Positions 49,741 through 59,053 of a DNA stretch of 64,000 bases are shown piece by piece. Both the position numbers and the translations under genes were made by a program. A model generated the notes under the pieces. The model did no database searches. It saw only the letters and a program-made list of their open reading frames with translations, and was not told the DNA's origin. Origin of the DNA: a candidate division TM6 bacterium GW2011_GWF2_28_16 (GTDB taxonomy: Bacteria; Patescibacteriota; Microgenomatia; UBA1400; PJMF01); NCBI GenBank assembly GCA_001029715.1, contig CP011212.1, forward strand, positions 705,066 to 769,065, written 5' to 3'. The first letter of the stretch is position 1; each line of letters begins with the position of its first letter.

Positions 49741-51048
49741 TTACTGCTTCCTATTCTCCATTCCAAAAAACTTAACACGATCACCTCTAAAGTAGAGTTC
49801 GATATCTCCCAAACCACCATTACGATGTTTGGCAATTTTCAAAGTCACTGATTCGCGTAAATCATCATCTTTGCGATATAAGAACATCACTACATCAGCA
49901 TCCTGCTCAATAGAACCAGACTCACGTAAATCAGAAAGCTGTGGAGCTTTCTCACCTCTTTGCTCAACAGCACGAGACAACTGAGCCAAAGCTAAAACTG
50001 GAATTTTTAATTCACGAGCAATATTTTTGAGACCCTGAGAAATTTCGCCTACTTCTTGAACACGATTTTCGCGATTTTGACCATGAGCCAACTGCAAATA
50101 ATCGACAATTAAAAGATCAATGTCTTGCTCCATCATCAGACGACGTGCTTTAGTGCGCATTTCATAAATACTAAGACCAGGAGTATCATCGATAAAAAGT
50201 TTGCTTTCAGCCAAAACTCCCATCGCATCAGAGATTTTGAGAAAATCTTCTTGAGATAAACGACCTGTTTTAAGTTTCCAGGCATCAATATCAGCCTGAC
50301 CAACTAACAAGCGATCGACTAGCTCTTCTCTACTCATTTCCAGAGAGAAAAAGCCAACTTTTTTCTTGGCGATGATGGTGGCATATTGAGCGATGTTGAC
50401 GGCAAAGGCAGTTTTACCTGTACCAGGGCGAGCTGCCAAGATAACTAAGTTAGACTTCTGTAAACCAGCGGTCATGCGATCAAGATCTGCAAAACCAGTA
50501 GGTAAACCGCGCAATTCACCCCCGCTTTTTTGTAATTCATCAAGGCGATCAAAGCTTTCTACCAAAGTTTGTTTGATCGGCAAAAAATCTCTACGAGCAT
50601 GAGTCTGAGAAATAGCCATCACTTGTTGTTCTGCACTATCCAAAATTTCATTAACTTCTTTGCTCTCATCAAAAGCTAAATTACCAACTTCATTAGAAAG
50701 AGCAATTAATTCTCTTTTGACATATTTTTCCTTAACCATGGAAGCGTAGTTTTCGACATTAGCAGCCGTCGATAATAGATTGGACAACTGACTAATTCCA
50801 GAAACACCACCAGCAGTACGAATATTTTTATCTTTGGTGAGTTGATCTTTTAAGGTAACGACGTCGATAGCCATGCGCTTGTCATAAAGCTCAAGCATAG
50901 CTGAAAAAATGACCTGATTGGCTCTACTATAGAAAGAATTTGGGTTAAGAATTTCAGAAACTTTAATGATGGCATCTTTATCAATTAGAATAGCCGCCAA
51001 AACTGAATTTTCTGCGTCAAGATCATGTGGAGGAACTTTTGAATCCAT
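49741..51048 (-). CDS. dnaB: Replicative DNA helicase DnaB
   Basis: Walker A ARPGTGKTAFAVNIA. IDLLIVDYLQL. N-terminal DnaB domain. Confidence 0.9.
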   Translation of the reverse strand: MDSKVPPHDLDAENSVLAAILIDKDAIIKVSEILNPNSFYSRANQVIFSAMLELYDKRMAIDVVTLKDQLTKDKNIRTAGGVSGISQLSNLLSTAANVENYASMVKEKYVKRELIALSNEVGNLAFDESKEVNEILDSAEQQVMAISQTHARRDFLPIKQTLVESFDRLDELQKSGGELRGLPTGFADLDRMTAGLQKSNLVILAARPGTGKTAFAVNIAQYATIIAKKKVGFFSLEMSREELVDRLLVGQADIDAWKLKTGRLSQEDFLKISDAMGVLAESKLFIDDTPGLSIYEMRTKARRLMMEQDIDLLIVDYLQLAHGQNRENRVQEVGEISQGLKNIARELKIPVLALAQLSRAVEQRGEKAPQLSDLRESGSIEQDADVVMFLYRKDDDLRESVTLKIAKHRNGGLGDIELYFRGDRVKFFGMENRKQ

Positions 51049-51080
51049 ATCTGCTCTCTTTCGCTCAATTTACAATGATT

Positions 51081-51737
51081 TTAACTACGACGCAAGACCA
51101 CTAGCTCCATTTCTTCTGGCAAGCGATCTTTCTCGACTATTAATTTGTCTTCTGGTTCTACAGAAGCACCAAAACTTTGTAAAAATTGATCCAAAGGTTG
51201 TAATTTAGTATCGCTAGGGTAAGAACTATCACTGTAATGCATTGGGATTAAAATACTTGGACTGATGGCATTAACTACCTTGATAGCCTCGCCATTCATC
51301 AAAGAAAATGGACCACCAACTGGCAAAAATAATATATCTACCATACCAATATCATCCAATTGCTTCTCATCCAGCTGATGAGCAAGATCGCCTAAATGAC
51401 AAACGGAAAGACCATCAATTAAGATTTTGAAAACAATATTATTGCCTCTTTCGGCACCCTCTACTTGATCGTGATAAGTTTTAGTTCCAAAAACTGAAAT
51501 ACCACCTACTTCATATTCTCCTGGAAAATCGATAACAAAAGGATTTTCTTTCTTAGCAGTTCCCTTTACTTTATAGGCAGCATTATGATCTGCGTGATTA
51601 TGAGAAATAGTGACTATTTCTGCACTTAAGCGAGGTAAAGAAATCCCAACAGCTTTATCATCAAAAGGATCAGTGACAACACTCCCCAATTCCCCCTTAA
51701 GTTTAAAACAAGATTGACCATGATAAGTGATTTGCAT
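51081..51737 (-). CDS. Metallo-beta-lactamase-fold metal-dependent hydrolase (UPF0173-like)
   Basis: HNHADHNA (HxHxDH) motif. 218 aa. Confidence 0.75.
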   Translation of the reverse strand: MQITYHGQSCFKLKGELGSVVTDPFDDKAVGISLPRLSAEIVTISHNHADHNAAYKVKGTAKKENPFVIDFPGEYEVGGISVFGTKTYHDQVEGAERGNNIVFKILIDGLSVCHLGDLAHQLDEKQLDDIGMVDILFLPVGGPFSLMNGEAIKVVNAISPSILIPMHYSDSSYPSDTKLQPLDQFLQSFGASVEPEDKLIVEKDRLPEEMELVVLRRS

Positions 51738-51890
51738 AATTGACCATTAGTCTAGCACATCAATTTTTGCTGTCAAAAGATTGACCTAATTCAACCAAAG
51801 CTCAGCTTAAAAACTTTACTTTTGTGTATAATTGACTTAAGATACTCTCTCTTAGAGTTTTAAACCTGCCTAATTAAATTCTAGGTATTT

Positions 51891-52316
51891 ATGCGAAAAG
51901 AAATTCTTTTAGCGATTTTTGTAGGCATCACCCTCGGCTTGATGATCACTTTTGGAATCTATCAAAATTCTGAGAATGCCAAAACTGGACAAAATAACGA
52001 TACCGATCAACTAATCAATAATCCAGTTGGTAGTGAATCAGCAGCAATTCAAGATCCTCAACTAATGATTAATAGTCCAGAAGAAGACTTCTTCACTAAT
52101 GAAGAAGATTTAATTGTTTCAGGCAGCGCTTCTCCTAATAGTTTTGTTGTTGTTCTCGTTAATGATAGCGAAAGTATTAGTAATACTGATGAATCAGGCA
52201 ACTTTTCTATAAAAGTTAAACTTAATGAAGGTGGAAATTTGATTGAAATTAACAGTATTGATGAGGATGGTAAAAAAATCAGCAAACAAAGAACTGTCAT
52301 TTATGAAGTTAAATAA
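51891..52316 (+). CDS. Hypothetical membrane-anchored protein with a C-terminal beta-sandwich-like domain
   Basis: N-terminal TM LLAIFVGITLGLMITFGIY. Its stop overlaps the next gene. Confidence 0.45.
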   Translation: MRKEILLAIFVGITLGLMITFGIYQNSENAKTGQNNDTDQLINNPVGSESAAIQDPQLMINSPEEDFFTNEEDLIVSGSASPNSFVVVLVNDSESISNTDESGNFSIKVKLNEGGNLIEINSIDEDGKKISKQRTVIYEVK

Positions 52317-53022
52317 TAATAAACTCACTCGCAAAAAAATCCTGCTTTTGCTATTAGCATTTGGCATTTTTTTATTGCCGGCTAGATTAGTTTTTGCACA
52401 AAACAGCGCCACAGACAGCTCAAATAGTGCTACTCAAAAAGAGCAAGAAAACGAAAATAGTACTATCAATAATATTAAAAAAGTTATTCAAGAAAAGAAG
52501 ACTGAGCTCGGCACTGTTGGAGCTAATTTGCGTAGTGAAAGAGCTTATTTAGCCAAAGTTCTACGTGTTAGTGAAGAAACCCTGACGGTCAGTAATTACT
52601 CTGGAAGTAAAATTATTCCTCTAGAAGAGGACATTGTCATTCAGAAAAAAGACAAAGATGTTAAAGTTGAAGAACTTGCCGTCGATAATTGGGTTGGCGT
52701 TTATGGAGAAATGAATAATGATAATTTAAAAATTAAGAAAATCGTTGTCTATGATCATGACTTTAGCCCAAAAAACAAGATCATTACTCTTGGATCAATT
52801 GCTAGTATTGGTAAAAACGATCTAGCACTTGCCCCCCGCTCTGGAGAAGAAAAACTCAATTTCAGTTTTGATAAATACACTAGTTTTCAAGATAACCAGG
52901 GAGAAGAAATTGATTTTAGCGATTTTTACGAAGACTTACAGTGCATTATCGTTGCCTTCGAAGATAAAAACGGCAATTACGTAATCAGCACAATTAAAGC
53001 TTTAAGTGCTTTTGAAAAGTAA
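52303..53022 (+). CDS. Hypothetical secreted protein
   Basis: Start reassigned to the in-frame ATG at 52303. Signal peptide MKLNNNKLTRKKILLLLLAFGIFLLPARLVFAQ. Confidence 0.45.
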   Translation: MKLNNNKLTRKKILLLLLAFGIFLLPARLVFAQNSATDSSNSATQKEQENENSTINNIKKVIQEKKTELGTVGANLRSERAYLAKVLRVSEETLTVSNYSGSKIIPLEEDIVIQKKDKDVKVEELAVDNWVGVYGEMNNDNLKIKKIVVYDHDFSPKNKIITLGSIASIGKNDLALAPRSGEEKLNFSFDKYTSFQDNQGEEIDFSDFYEDLQCIIVAFEDKNGNYVISTIKALSAFEK

Positions 53023-53302
53023 ATTCCCTCCAATGACTATTATTTAACTTTTCATTGAGCGAATAAATTTCCTGTATATCTGGTCTTCCCAATCTATTCC
53101 AAAGCTCTTCTGCTCCAATTTTTATTAAAGCAGTGGCAAGTTCTTCTTCTGAAAAAGTTATTTGCCCTTCTTTGAGTTTATCGCTAAGAACTGAACGCAA
53201 ATCATTAAGCGTGAAGCTTCTAACTCCAGCTAACTCTAAAACTTCCTCTAATGAATAATTACTTGAATTTCTCTCCAAACTTTTTTCGAACATGTTTGAC
53301 AT
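52994..53302 (-). CDS. Hypothetical protein (ORF trimmed so it does not overlap the tRNA)
   Basis: The track ORF extends through tRNA-Ala. The internal Met (MSNMFEKSLER) gives a 102-aa product. Confidence 0.3.
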   Translation of the reverse strand: MSNMFEKSLERNSSNYSLEEVLELAGVRSFTLNDLRSVLSDKLKEGQITFSEEELATALIKIGAEELWNRLGRPDIQEIYSLNEKLNNSHWREFTFQKHLKL

Positions 53303-53336
53303 ACTAACATGTTGAAATATAAATTTGCAAATTCTG

Positions 53337-53410
53337 TGGACCGAAGGGAAATCGAATCCCTGACCTCTGCAATGCGAATGCAGCGCTCTAGCCAACTGAG
53401 CTATCGGCCC
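53337..53410 (-). tRNA. tRNA-Ala (anticodon CGC)
   Basis: Reverse complement GGGCCGATAGCTCAGTTGGCTAGAGCGCTGCATTCGCATTGCAGAGGTCAGGGATTCGATTTCCCTTCGGTCCA. G3:U70 pair. Anticodon loop UUCGCAU. Confidence 0.85.
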
Positions 53411-53448
53411 GTTTCAGATAAATAGTATATCACCACAGACCTTTAAAT

Positions 53449-53594
53449 TTGACCAAAGCCTTTAGTTGTCCTATAATAGTCCAGAATGCAAAAACAAAAT
53501 GCAAAAGCTCCAGCTTTTCATCATCACTCCTCTATCTAATTGGGGTATCTTTTTGCGTTTCATTAAATAGGTCCCCAATAAGGGGATTTTTTAT
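53449..53594 (+). promoter_or_regulatory. Candidate hisS attenuator: consensus sigma70 promoter, His-codon leader peptide, and alternative antiterminator/terminator hairpins
   Basis: TTGACC-17 nt-TATAAT at 53449-53477. A 17-codon ORF at 53486-53539 contains CAT-CAT-CAC. ATTGGGG (53539-53545) can pair with CCCCAAT (53573-53579). CCCC/GGGG terminator stem is followed by TTTTTTATTTT (53572-53594). hisS starts at 53632. Confidence 0.5.
53486..53539 (+). CDS. Putative hisS leader peptide MQKQNAKAPAFHHHSSI
   Basis: Three consecutive His codons immediately upstream of alternative hairpins. It starts 8-9 nt after the -10 element, so it would be near-leaderless. Confidence 0.4.
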   Translation: MQKQNAKAPAFHHHSSI

Positions 53595-53631
53595 TTTAGA
53601 ATACAATTAGACCAAACAAAGAAAGAAAAAT

Positions 53632-54894
53632 ATGAACAAAAATGTACAAACACTCAAAGGCTTTCGCGACTTCCTCCCAGACGAGGCTCGCAAAAGACAA
53701 TACGTTAACGACAAGATTAGAGAAACTTTTGAAGTTTATGGCTTTGCGCCACTTCAGAGTCCTACCTTGGAGTACGCTAGTTTATTGCTTGGCAAATATG
53801 GTGACGAAGCTGATAAATTGGTTTATACCTTTGAAGATCGTGGTGGTCGTGAAGTTGGTTTGCGCTATGACCAAACTGTACCAACAGCCCGTATTCTGAG
53901 CCAATATCAGAACGAATTGCCTAAATATTTCCGTCGTTACCAGATTCAGAATGTTTTCCGTGCCGATAAACCACAAAAGGGCCGTTATCGTGAATTCACT
54001 CAATGCGATTGTGATATTTTTGGTGGCAACAGCGTTTTGGCTGATGCGGAATTATTAGCTACGGTTAACGCTGTTTTTATGAATCTAGGTCTTAAATCAA
54101 TCAAGATTGAATTTAATGATCGTACTTTACTAATAGAAAACATTAGTCCTTTTGTTACTGAAAAAGTTGATGTTTTTTCCATCATTCAAAGCATTGATAA
54201 ATTGGATAAAGAAAGTAGCGAAACCATCATTGAAGAATTAGTTGATAAAGGTCTTTCTAGAAGCAATGCTGAAGCTGTTTTATCCAAGATAAATAAGATT
54301 GAAATATCAGGAAATCTATCTAGAATTGAGCAAAAAGCTTTGGAGTTAGGCGTCAGTAAAGAAACCCTCGTTTTTAACCCAAAACTAGCTCGCGGTTTAG
54401 ACTACTACACTGGCTTAATTTTTGAAATCAAAATTCCAGAATATGGCAATTCATCTGTTGGCGGAGGTGGTCGTTATGACAATCTGATTGAAGAGCTTTC
54501 CGGCTACAAAATGCCAGCCGTAGGCGTTGGTCTTGGCTTTGATCGCATTGTCGAAGTTTGCGATCAATTGGGTTTAATTAAAGAAAACCAAACTGGAACT
54601 CAAGTGATGATTGGTTTTTTTGAAGAAGAAAATTGTCAAAATAAGGCTATGCAAATCGCTAAAGAACTTCGTGCTCTAAAAATTAGAACCGAAGTCTTCC
54701 CTGCTTATGACAAGCTTTCTAAACAGTTTAAAGTCGCTGAACAAAAGAAAATTCCTTTCGTAATCGTGGTTGGTGAAGATGAAATCAAAGAAAATAAATT
54801 TACTATCAAAAACATGGCTTCTGGCGAGCAGGAATTACTAGCTCTTGAAGAGATTAAAGGAAAATTCAAGGTTTTTTCCCCTTCACTTCTATAA
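53632..54894 (+). CDS. hisS: Histidyl-tRNA synthetase
   Basis: N-terminal LKGFRDFLPDEARKRQYV, class II motifs (FRADKPQKGRYREFTQCDCDIFG, GGGRYDNL), C-terminal anticodon-binding domain. Confidence 0.95.
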   Translation: MNKNVQTLKGFRDFLPDEARKRQYVNDKIRETFEVYGFAPLQSPTLEYASLLLGKYGDEADKLVYTFEDRGGREVGLRYDQTVPTARILSQYQNELPKYFRRYQIQNVFRADKPQKGRYREFTQCDCDIFGGNSVLADAELLATVNAVFMNLGLKSIKIEFNDRTLLIENISPFVTEKVDVFSIIQSIDKLDKESSETIIEELVDKGLSRSNAEAVLSKINKIEISGNLSRIEQKALELGVSKETLVFNPKLARGLDYYTGLIFEIKIPEYGNSSVGGGGRYDNLIEELSGYKMPAVGVGLGFDRIVEVCDQLGLIKENQTGTQVMIGFFEEENCQNKAMQIAKELRALKIRTEVFPAYDKLSKQFKVAEQKKIPFVIVVGEDEIKENKFTIKNMASGEQELLALEEIKGKFKVFSPSLL

Positions 54895-55023
54895 ATTTGT
54901 GCTATGCACAGCATCTTTCGTAGCAGCTGTCCGAAATTCGCTAAAGCATCTTTCGTACCAGCTGTTTTTTTGCAATGTGAACCTTGCAAAAAAACAGGGT
55001 CCGAAATATAATAACCCTTCTAT

Positions 55024-55371
55024 ATGAAACAAGGTATACATCCTAGCAACTGGCAACACGACTGCGTCGTTACTTGTAGTTGTGGTAATTCCTTCCTCAC
55101 TGGAGGCATTAAAAAAGCCGTACAAATCGATATTTGTAGTGCTTGTCATCCTTTCTTTACTGGTGAAATGAGATTTGTTGATCGTCAAGGTCGCGTAGAT
55201 AAATTCCAGAAAAAGATGCAACTTGCTCAAGCCGCTGCCACTGCAGCTGCCGCTAAAACCAAAAAAGCTACTAAGACTAAAGTCGAAAATAAATCTTACA
55301 AACAGATCTTAGTTGAACAGCAAAGCGAATTAAAGGCTAAAAAACAAGCCGAAACTGTCGCCGAAAATTAG
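55024..55371 (+). CDS. rpmE: 50S ribosomal protein L31 (Cys-containing type) with an Ala/Lys-rich C-terminal extension
   Basis: MKQGIHPSNW...CSCGNSF...ICSACHPFFTG matches L31. 115 aa versus about 70. Confidence 0.9.
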   Translation: MKQGIHPSNWQHDCVVTCSCGNSFLTGGIKKAVQIDICSACHPFFTGEMRFVDRQGRVDKFQKKMQLAQAAATAAAAKTKKATKTKVENKSYKQILVEQQSELKAKKQAETVAEN

Positions 55372-55393
55372 TTTCCCTTTTTTATTTATTGAT

Positions 55394-55417
55394 ACAGCCA
55401 CTGCGCTGTGTTTTTTT
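55394..55417 (+). terminator. Rho-independent terminator after rpmE
   Basis: ACAGC-CACTGC-GCTGT followed by GTTTTTTT. A TATAAT for prfA follows. Confidence 0.6.
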
Positions 55418-55441
55418 GTATAATAGAAAGGAAAAATAAAT

Positions 55442-56464
55442 ATGGATCAAAACTACAACCCCTACCAAGTCCAAATAGAAAATATAGATAAAGCCATTGC
55501 CGAAAATCAAGCTCTGCTTGAAGATGATGAGCTAAAAGATTTAGCTATCGAAGAAATCGCTCGTCTTCTTGAAGAAAAAAAAGCTATGGAACTGGCAGCT
55601 ACAAATTTTGCCAGCAATCAAAATAAAAGTGAGAGCAATGATAGCGAAGAAATTACTGAAAATGCCAACGCCATTATCGAAATTCGTGGCGGTGCTGGGG
55701 GTGACGAGGCAAAAATCTGGGCCAACGATTTAATGCGCATGTACACTCGTTATGCCGAAAGTAAAAATTTAAAAGTAGAGCTAATTGATGAATTAGTTTT
55801 TAAAGTCAAAGGCCGTGCAGAACTACCTATCGTCGAAATTGATGAAGACGGTAAAGTTAATAAAACTGGTGAAACAGAAATTCTCTCTGCTTATAAGCTT
55901 TTTCGTTATGATTCTGGCGTACATCGCGTTCAAAGAGTACCTAGTACCGAATCGGCTGGACGTATTCACACCTCCACTGCTTCTGTGGCGGTTTTACCAG
56001 AAGTCACAGCCACAGCTGTCGAAATTAGAGAAGAAGACCTAGAATGGTCGTTTATGCGTGCTGGCGGTGCTGGCGGACAATCCGTCAATAAAACTAGCTC
56101 AGCCGTTCGCTTGGTTCATAAACCCAGCGGTTTAGTGGTCAATTCTCGCACAGAAAGAAAACAAGCCCAAAATCGCCAAATTGCTTTGGAACTTTTGCGC
56201 TCACAGCTTTGGCAAATTGAAGAAGATAAAAAAGACGCTCAAATTGGTGAAGCCAGAAGTAATATCGGTCGCAACATGCGTGCTGAAAAAATTAAAACTT
56301 ATAATTACCCCCAAAGTCGTGTTACAGACCACCGTATTCATCAGTCTTGGCATAATTTAGAAGGTATTTTAGAGGGTAATTTAGATGAATTAATCGCTTC
56401 AACTAAATCTTTAATCGAAATTGATGAAAAAAGCGATAACGAAAAAGAAATAGAGCAAAATTAA
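55442..56464 (+). CDS. prfA: Peptide chain release factor 1
   Basis: GGQ motif (RAGGAGGQSVNKT) and the RF1-type P-x-T tripeptide (PST). 340 aa. Confidence 0.9.
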   Translation: MDQNYNPYQVQIENIDKAIAENQALLEDDELKDLAIEEIARLLEEKKAMELAATNFASNQNKSESNDSEEITENANAIIEIRGGAGGDEAKIWANDLMRMYTRYAESKNLKVELIDELVFKVKGRAELPIVEIDEDGKVNKTGETEILSAYKLFRYDSGVHRVQRVPSTESAGRIHTSTASVAVLPEVTATAVEIREEDLEWSFMRAGGAGGQSVNKTSSAVRLVHKPSGLVVNSRTERKQAQNRQIALELLRSQLWQIEEDKKDAQIGEARSNIGRNMRAEKIKTYNYPQSRVTDHRIHQSWHNLEGILEGNLDELIASTKSLIEIDEKSDNEKEIEQN

Positions 56465-57762
56465 AATTGCTCAACTGCTTTTTGCAAAACCTCATCTTCA
56501 GTAGTATCGTAATTTTGAGCAACTTCGACATCTACTGTCAAACCGTCTTTGTGTATCCAATTGCCATCTGGTGTTAACCAACGACCCACAGTAATGTGCA
56601 AACCGCCACCATTACTCAATTCGCGACGATCTTGGACAGTTCCTTTACCGAAAGTCTTTTCACCAATCAATTTAATCTGAGCATCGTCCCTGAGAGCACC
56701 GGCAACAATCTCTGAAGCAGAAGCACTGCCTTTATTAACCAGCACCACTGTTGGAATGCCCACTAAACGGGCTTTGCCAGTGCTGTTGTAGTTCTTAGTA
56801 TTGTATTTAGATTCTTGACTGACCACTACTCCACTTTTAACAAAGTCACTAGCCACATCAATTGAGACATCAAAGAAACCGCCAGGATTATTACGCAGAT
56901 CCAAAACTAAACCAGCAATCTGATTTTTCTTGCTTAGAATTTGAGCCACGGCATCATTCCACTCATCTAAAGTTCTTTCGCCAAATTTAGAAAGCCTCAA
57001 ATTGGCAATTTGTTTGCCATTTACTTCGGTAAATTCTAGAGTGACACTCTTCACAATGATTTCATCACGAAGAACACTGATTTCTTGGCTACTATTATCA
57101 CTCTTACGATAAACGGTTAAAATTACAGGAGTATTCTTTGGACCACGAATATTTTTGACGGCGTCATCCAAAGTCCATTCCGTAGTATCTTCGTCCAATC
57201 CTTTAGATTCATCTTTAACATGGATAATGACATCGCCTGCTAAAAGACCAGCCTTTTCTCCAGGACTACCAACTAAAGGTGAAATAATACCCACCATACC
57301 ATCGATATATGTTAGTTCTATACCGACGCCATAGAAGCTTCCAGCCAAATCTTCCTCGGCTTGACTATTATCTTCTGGAGCTAGATACATAGTGTAAGGA
57401 TCACCCAGACCAGTAACCATACCTGAAATTGCACCATTAATCATTTTATTTTCGTCAATTTCGCCAGTATTTAAATAATCTCTCTCTACAAGCTGCCAAA
57501 CTTCCCAAAAAGTACTCATCGAGACTGAAGTGTCTCCAGAGCTATTCATTAAATTACTGAGATTTGTTGATTGAGTTTTTTTGGCTAGATTATCGAATAA
57601 AGTGATTTTTACGCCAAACAAAGATCCTTCGCTGGAGTAACGAAAACCCATGATTAAGCCTAAAGTTATAAGCAAAAGGGCAAAAGTTGTAGTGCGGATT
57701 AAGGCAAAAATCCAAGTTGGGTTTTTTCTCATACAGAAAAACCATTGTAATCTAGCTGACAA
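56461..57762 (-). CDS. ctpA: Carboxyl-terminal processing protease (S41 family) with a PDZ domain
   Basis: GLVLDLRNNPGGF, catalytic region KGSASASEIVAGAL, N-terminal TM. The true start is probably the internal Met (MRKNPTWIF). Confidence 0.85.
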   Translation of the reverse strand: MSARLQWFFCMRKNPTWIFALIRTTTFALLLITLGLIMGFRYSSEGSLFGVKITLFDNLAKKTQSTNLSNLMNSSGDTSVSMSTFWEVWQLVERDYLNTGEIDENKMINGAISGMVTGLGDPYTMYLAPEDNSQAEEDLAGSFYGVGIELTYIDGMVGIISPLVGSPGEKAGLLAGDVIIHVKDESKGLDEDTTEWTLDDAVKNIRGPKNTPVILTVYRKSDNSSQEISVLRDEIIVKSVTLEFTEVNGKQIANLRLSKFGERTLDEWNDAVAQILSKKNQIAGLVLDLRNNPGGFFDVSIDVASDFVKSGVVVSQESKYNTKNYNSTGKARLVGIPTVVLVNKGSASASEIVAGALRDDAQIKLIGEKTFGKGTVQDRRELSNGGGLHITVGRWLTPDGNWIHKDGLTVDVEVAQNYDTTEDEVLQKAVEQF

Positions 57763-57798
57763 GAAAAATCACAAGTAAAAAATTTTGAAACTAAAAAA

Positions 57799-57978
57799 TT
57801 AGACGGTTTGAGTAAATGGCAAAAGGGCTAAATGTCTAGCTCTTTTGACTTCACAAGCCAATTTCTTTTGAAATTTGGCAGAAAGACCAGTTTTTGCTCT
57901 TGGCAAAATTGCGCCCTGAGCGGTAACGAATCTTTTGAGTTCTTCAGCTTTTTTGTAGCTAAAATTGTGAGTCTTCAT
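57799..57978 (-). CDS. rpsR: 30S ribosomal protein S18 (59 aa, below the ORF-track cutoff)
   Basis: Minus-strand translation [59 protein letters not shown] matches the S18 consensus. Terminal gene of the rpsF-ssb-rpsR operon. Confidence 0.85.
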   Translation of the reverse strand: MKTHNFSYKKAEELKRFVTAQGAILPRAKTGLSAKFQKKLACEVKRARHLALLPFTQTV

Positions 57979-58010
57979 TGTTTTTCCTTAACTATTACTA
58001 TTTTTAATTT

Positions 58011-58496
58011 CTAAAAAGGGATGTCATCAGAGACATCTTCTACTTCGTCAGCTTCACTTGGAACTGCTGGCTCTTCTTTTTTTGCTGATTTTGATTCTTC
58101 TTTATCATCTTCTGAATCTTGCTCATCTTCGCCTTCACCACCAGCAAATTTACCACCTCTGCTACTGAGCAACATCATGTTATCAATGACGATTTCAGTA
58201 ACTTTTCTAATTTCTCCGCTCTCTGTCTTCCAATCTCTGGTCTGAATACGACCTTCGACGTAAATCTTATCACCCTTGTGCAATAATTGGCCACAAATTT
58301 CAGCTAATTTAGACCAAGCAACAACATTGTGGAAATCCACTCTTTCCTGCTTGTCACCACCATCGGCTGGAGTCCAAGAACGATTGGTAGCTATACCAAA
58401 AGAAGCTACGGCTGTGCTATTTGGGGTATAGCGCAAATTTGGATCTCTAGTCAGGTTACCAATTAACATGACCTTATTTAAAGAACGTACTGACAT
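58011..58496 (-). CDS. ssb: Single-stranded DNA-binding protein
   Basis: MSVRSLNKVMLIGNLTRDPNLRYTPN OB-fold N-terminus. Acidic C-terminal tail ending DDIPF. Start set to the internal Met. Confidence 0.9.
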   Translation of the reverse strand: MSVRSLNKVMLIGNLTRDPNLRYTPNSTAVASFGIATNRSWTPADGGDKQERVDFHNVVAWSKLAEICGQLLHKGDKIYVEGRIQTRDWKTESGEIRKVTEIVIDNMMLLSSRGGKFAGGEGEDEQDSEDDKEESKSAKKEEPAVPSEADEVEDVSDDIPF

Positions 58497-58617
58497 TTTG
58501 GCCTTTCTCTCAACAGAGTTGATTTGTATTGATCTTTTTTCATTATGCAGTAACAAAGTTACAAGAAGTGTGACTAATCAGTTTTTAGTAAATAAAAGAA
58601 ATAAGAGACAACATAAA

Positions 58618-58962
58618 TTAATCTTCAATAGATTTTTCTAGCTCATCAGCAATCACTAATAAGTGACGAATAATTTCGTGATTTAAAGTTAGACTATGAT
58701 CAAATGCTTGCACATTTTGGACTGGAAAGTTTAAAACCATGTGGACGTAAACAGCTTCTTGATAAGTTTTACCTCCTTGAGAAATACCATAAGCTAAATT
58801 TTTACGGCCCCAATCGTCTTCTTTAACGATAGTGCCTTTGTTTTTAGCAGCTAAGTCAGTAATTTCTTTTTTGAGTCTGGAAACGTCGGCGTCTAATAGA
58901 TCGCCAGGAATTAAATAAGTTAATTCGTAATCTTTGGTAATAATTTCTTTAGCTAATTTCAT
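58618..58962 (-). CDS. rpsF: 30S ribosomal protein S6
   Basis: EDWGRKNLAY (S6 signature EDWGRRQLAY). Operon rpsF-ssb-rpsR. Confidence 0.85.
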   Translation of the reverse strand: MKLAKEIITKDYELTYLIPGDLLDADVSRLKKEITDLAAKNKGTIVKEDDWGRKNLAYGISQGGKTYQEAVYVHMVLNFPVQNVQAFDHSLTLNHEIIRHLLVIADELEKSIED

Positions 58963-59053
58963 ATTTTTTCTAAGATTCGCAAGATGTGGCCCCGCCTCAT
59001 CTTATGGATAATTAATAAGCGAATTTTAATTTCTGTGGGTATTATATCACGGA

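Noticed and set aside
53303-53395. N-terminal part of ORF 52994-53395
   Set aside because: It overlaps tRNA-Ala(CGC) on the same strand. Trimmed to the internal Met at 53302.
54889-55230. Minus-strand ORF 54889-55230
   Set aside because: It fully overlaps the well-supported rpmE (L31) on the opposite strand and the repeat-containing spacer. No motif recognised.
57832-58014. Plus-strand ORF 57832-58014
   Set aside because: It is antisense to rpsR (S18), which has a clear homologous translation on the minus strand.
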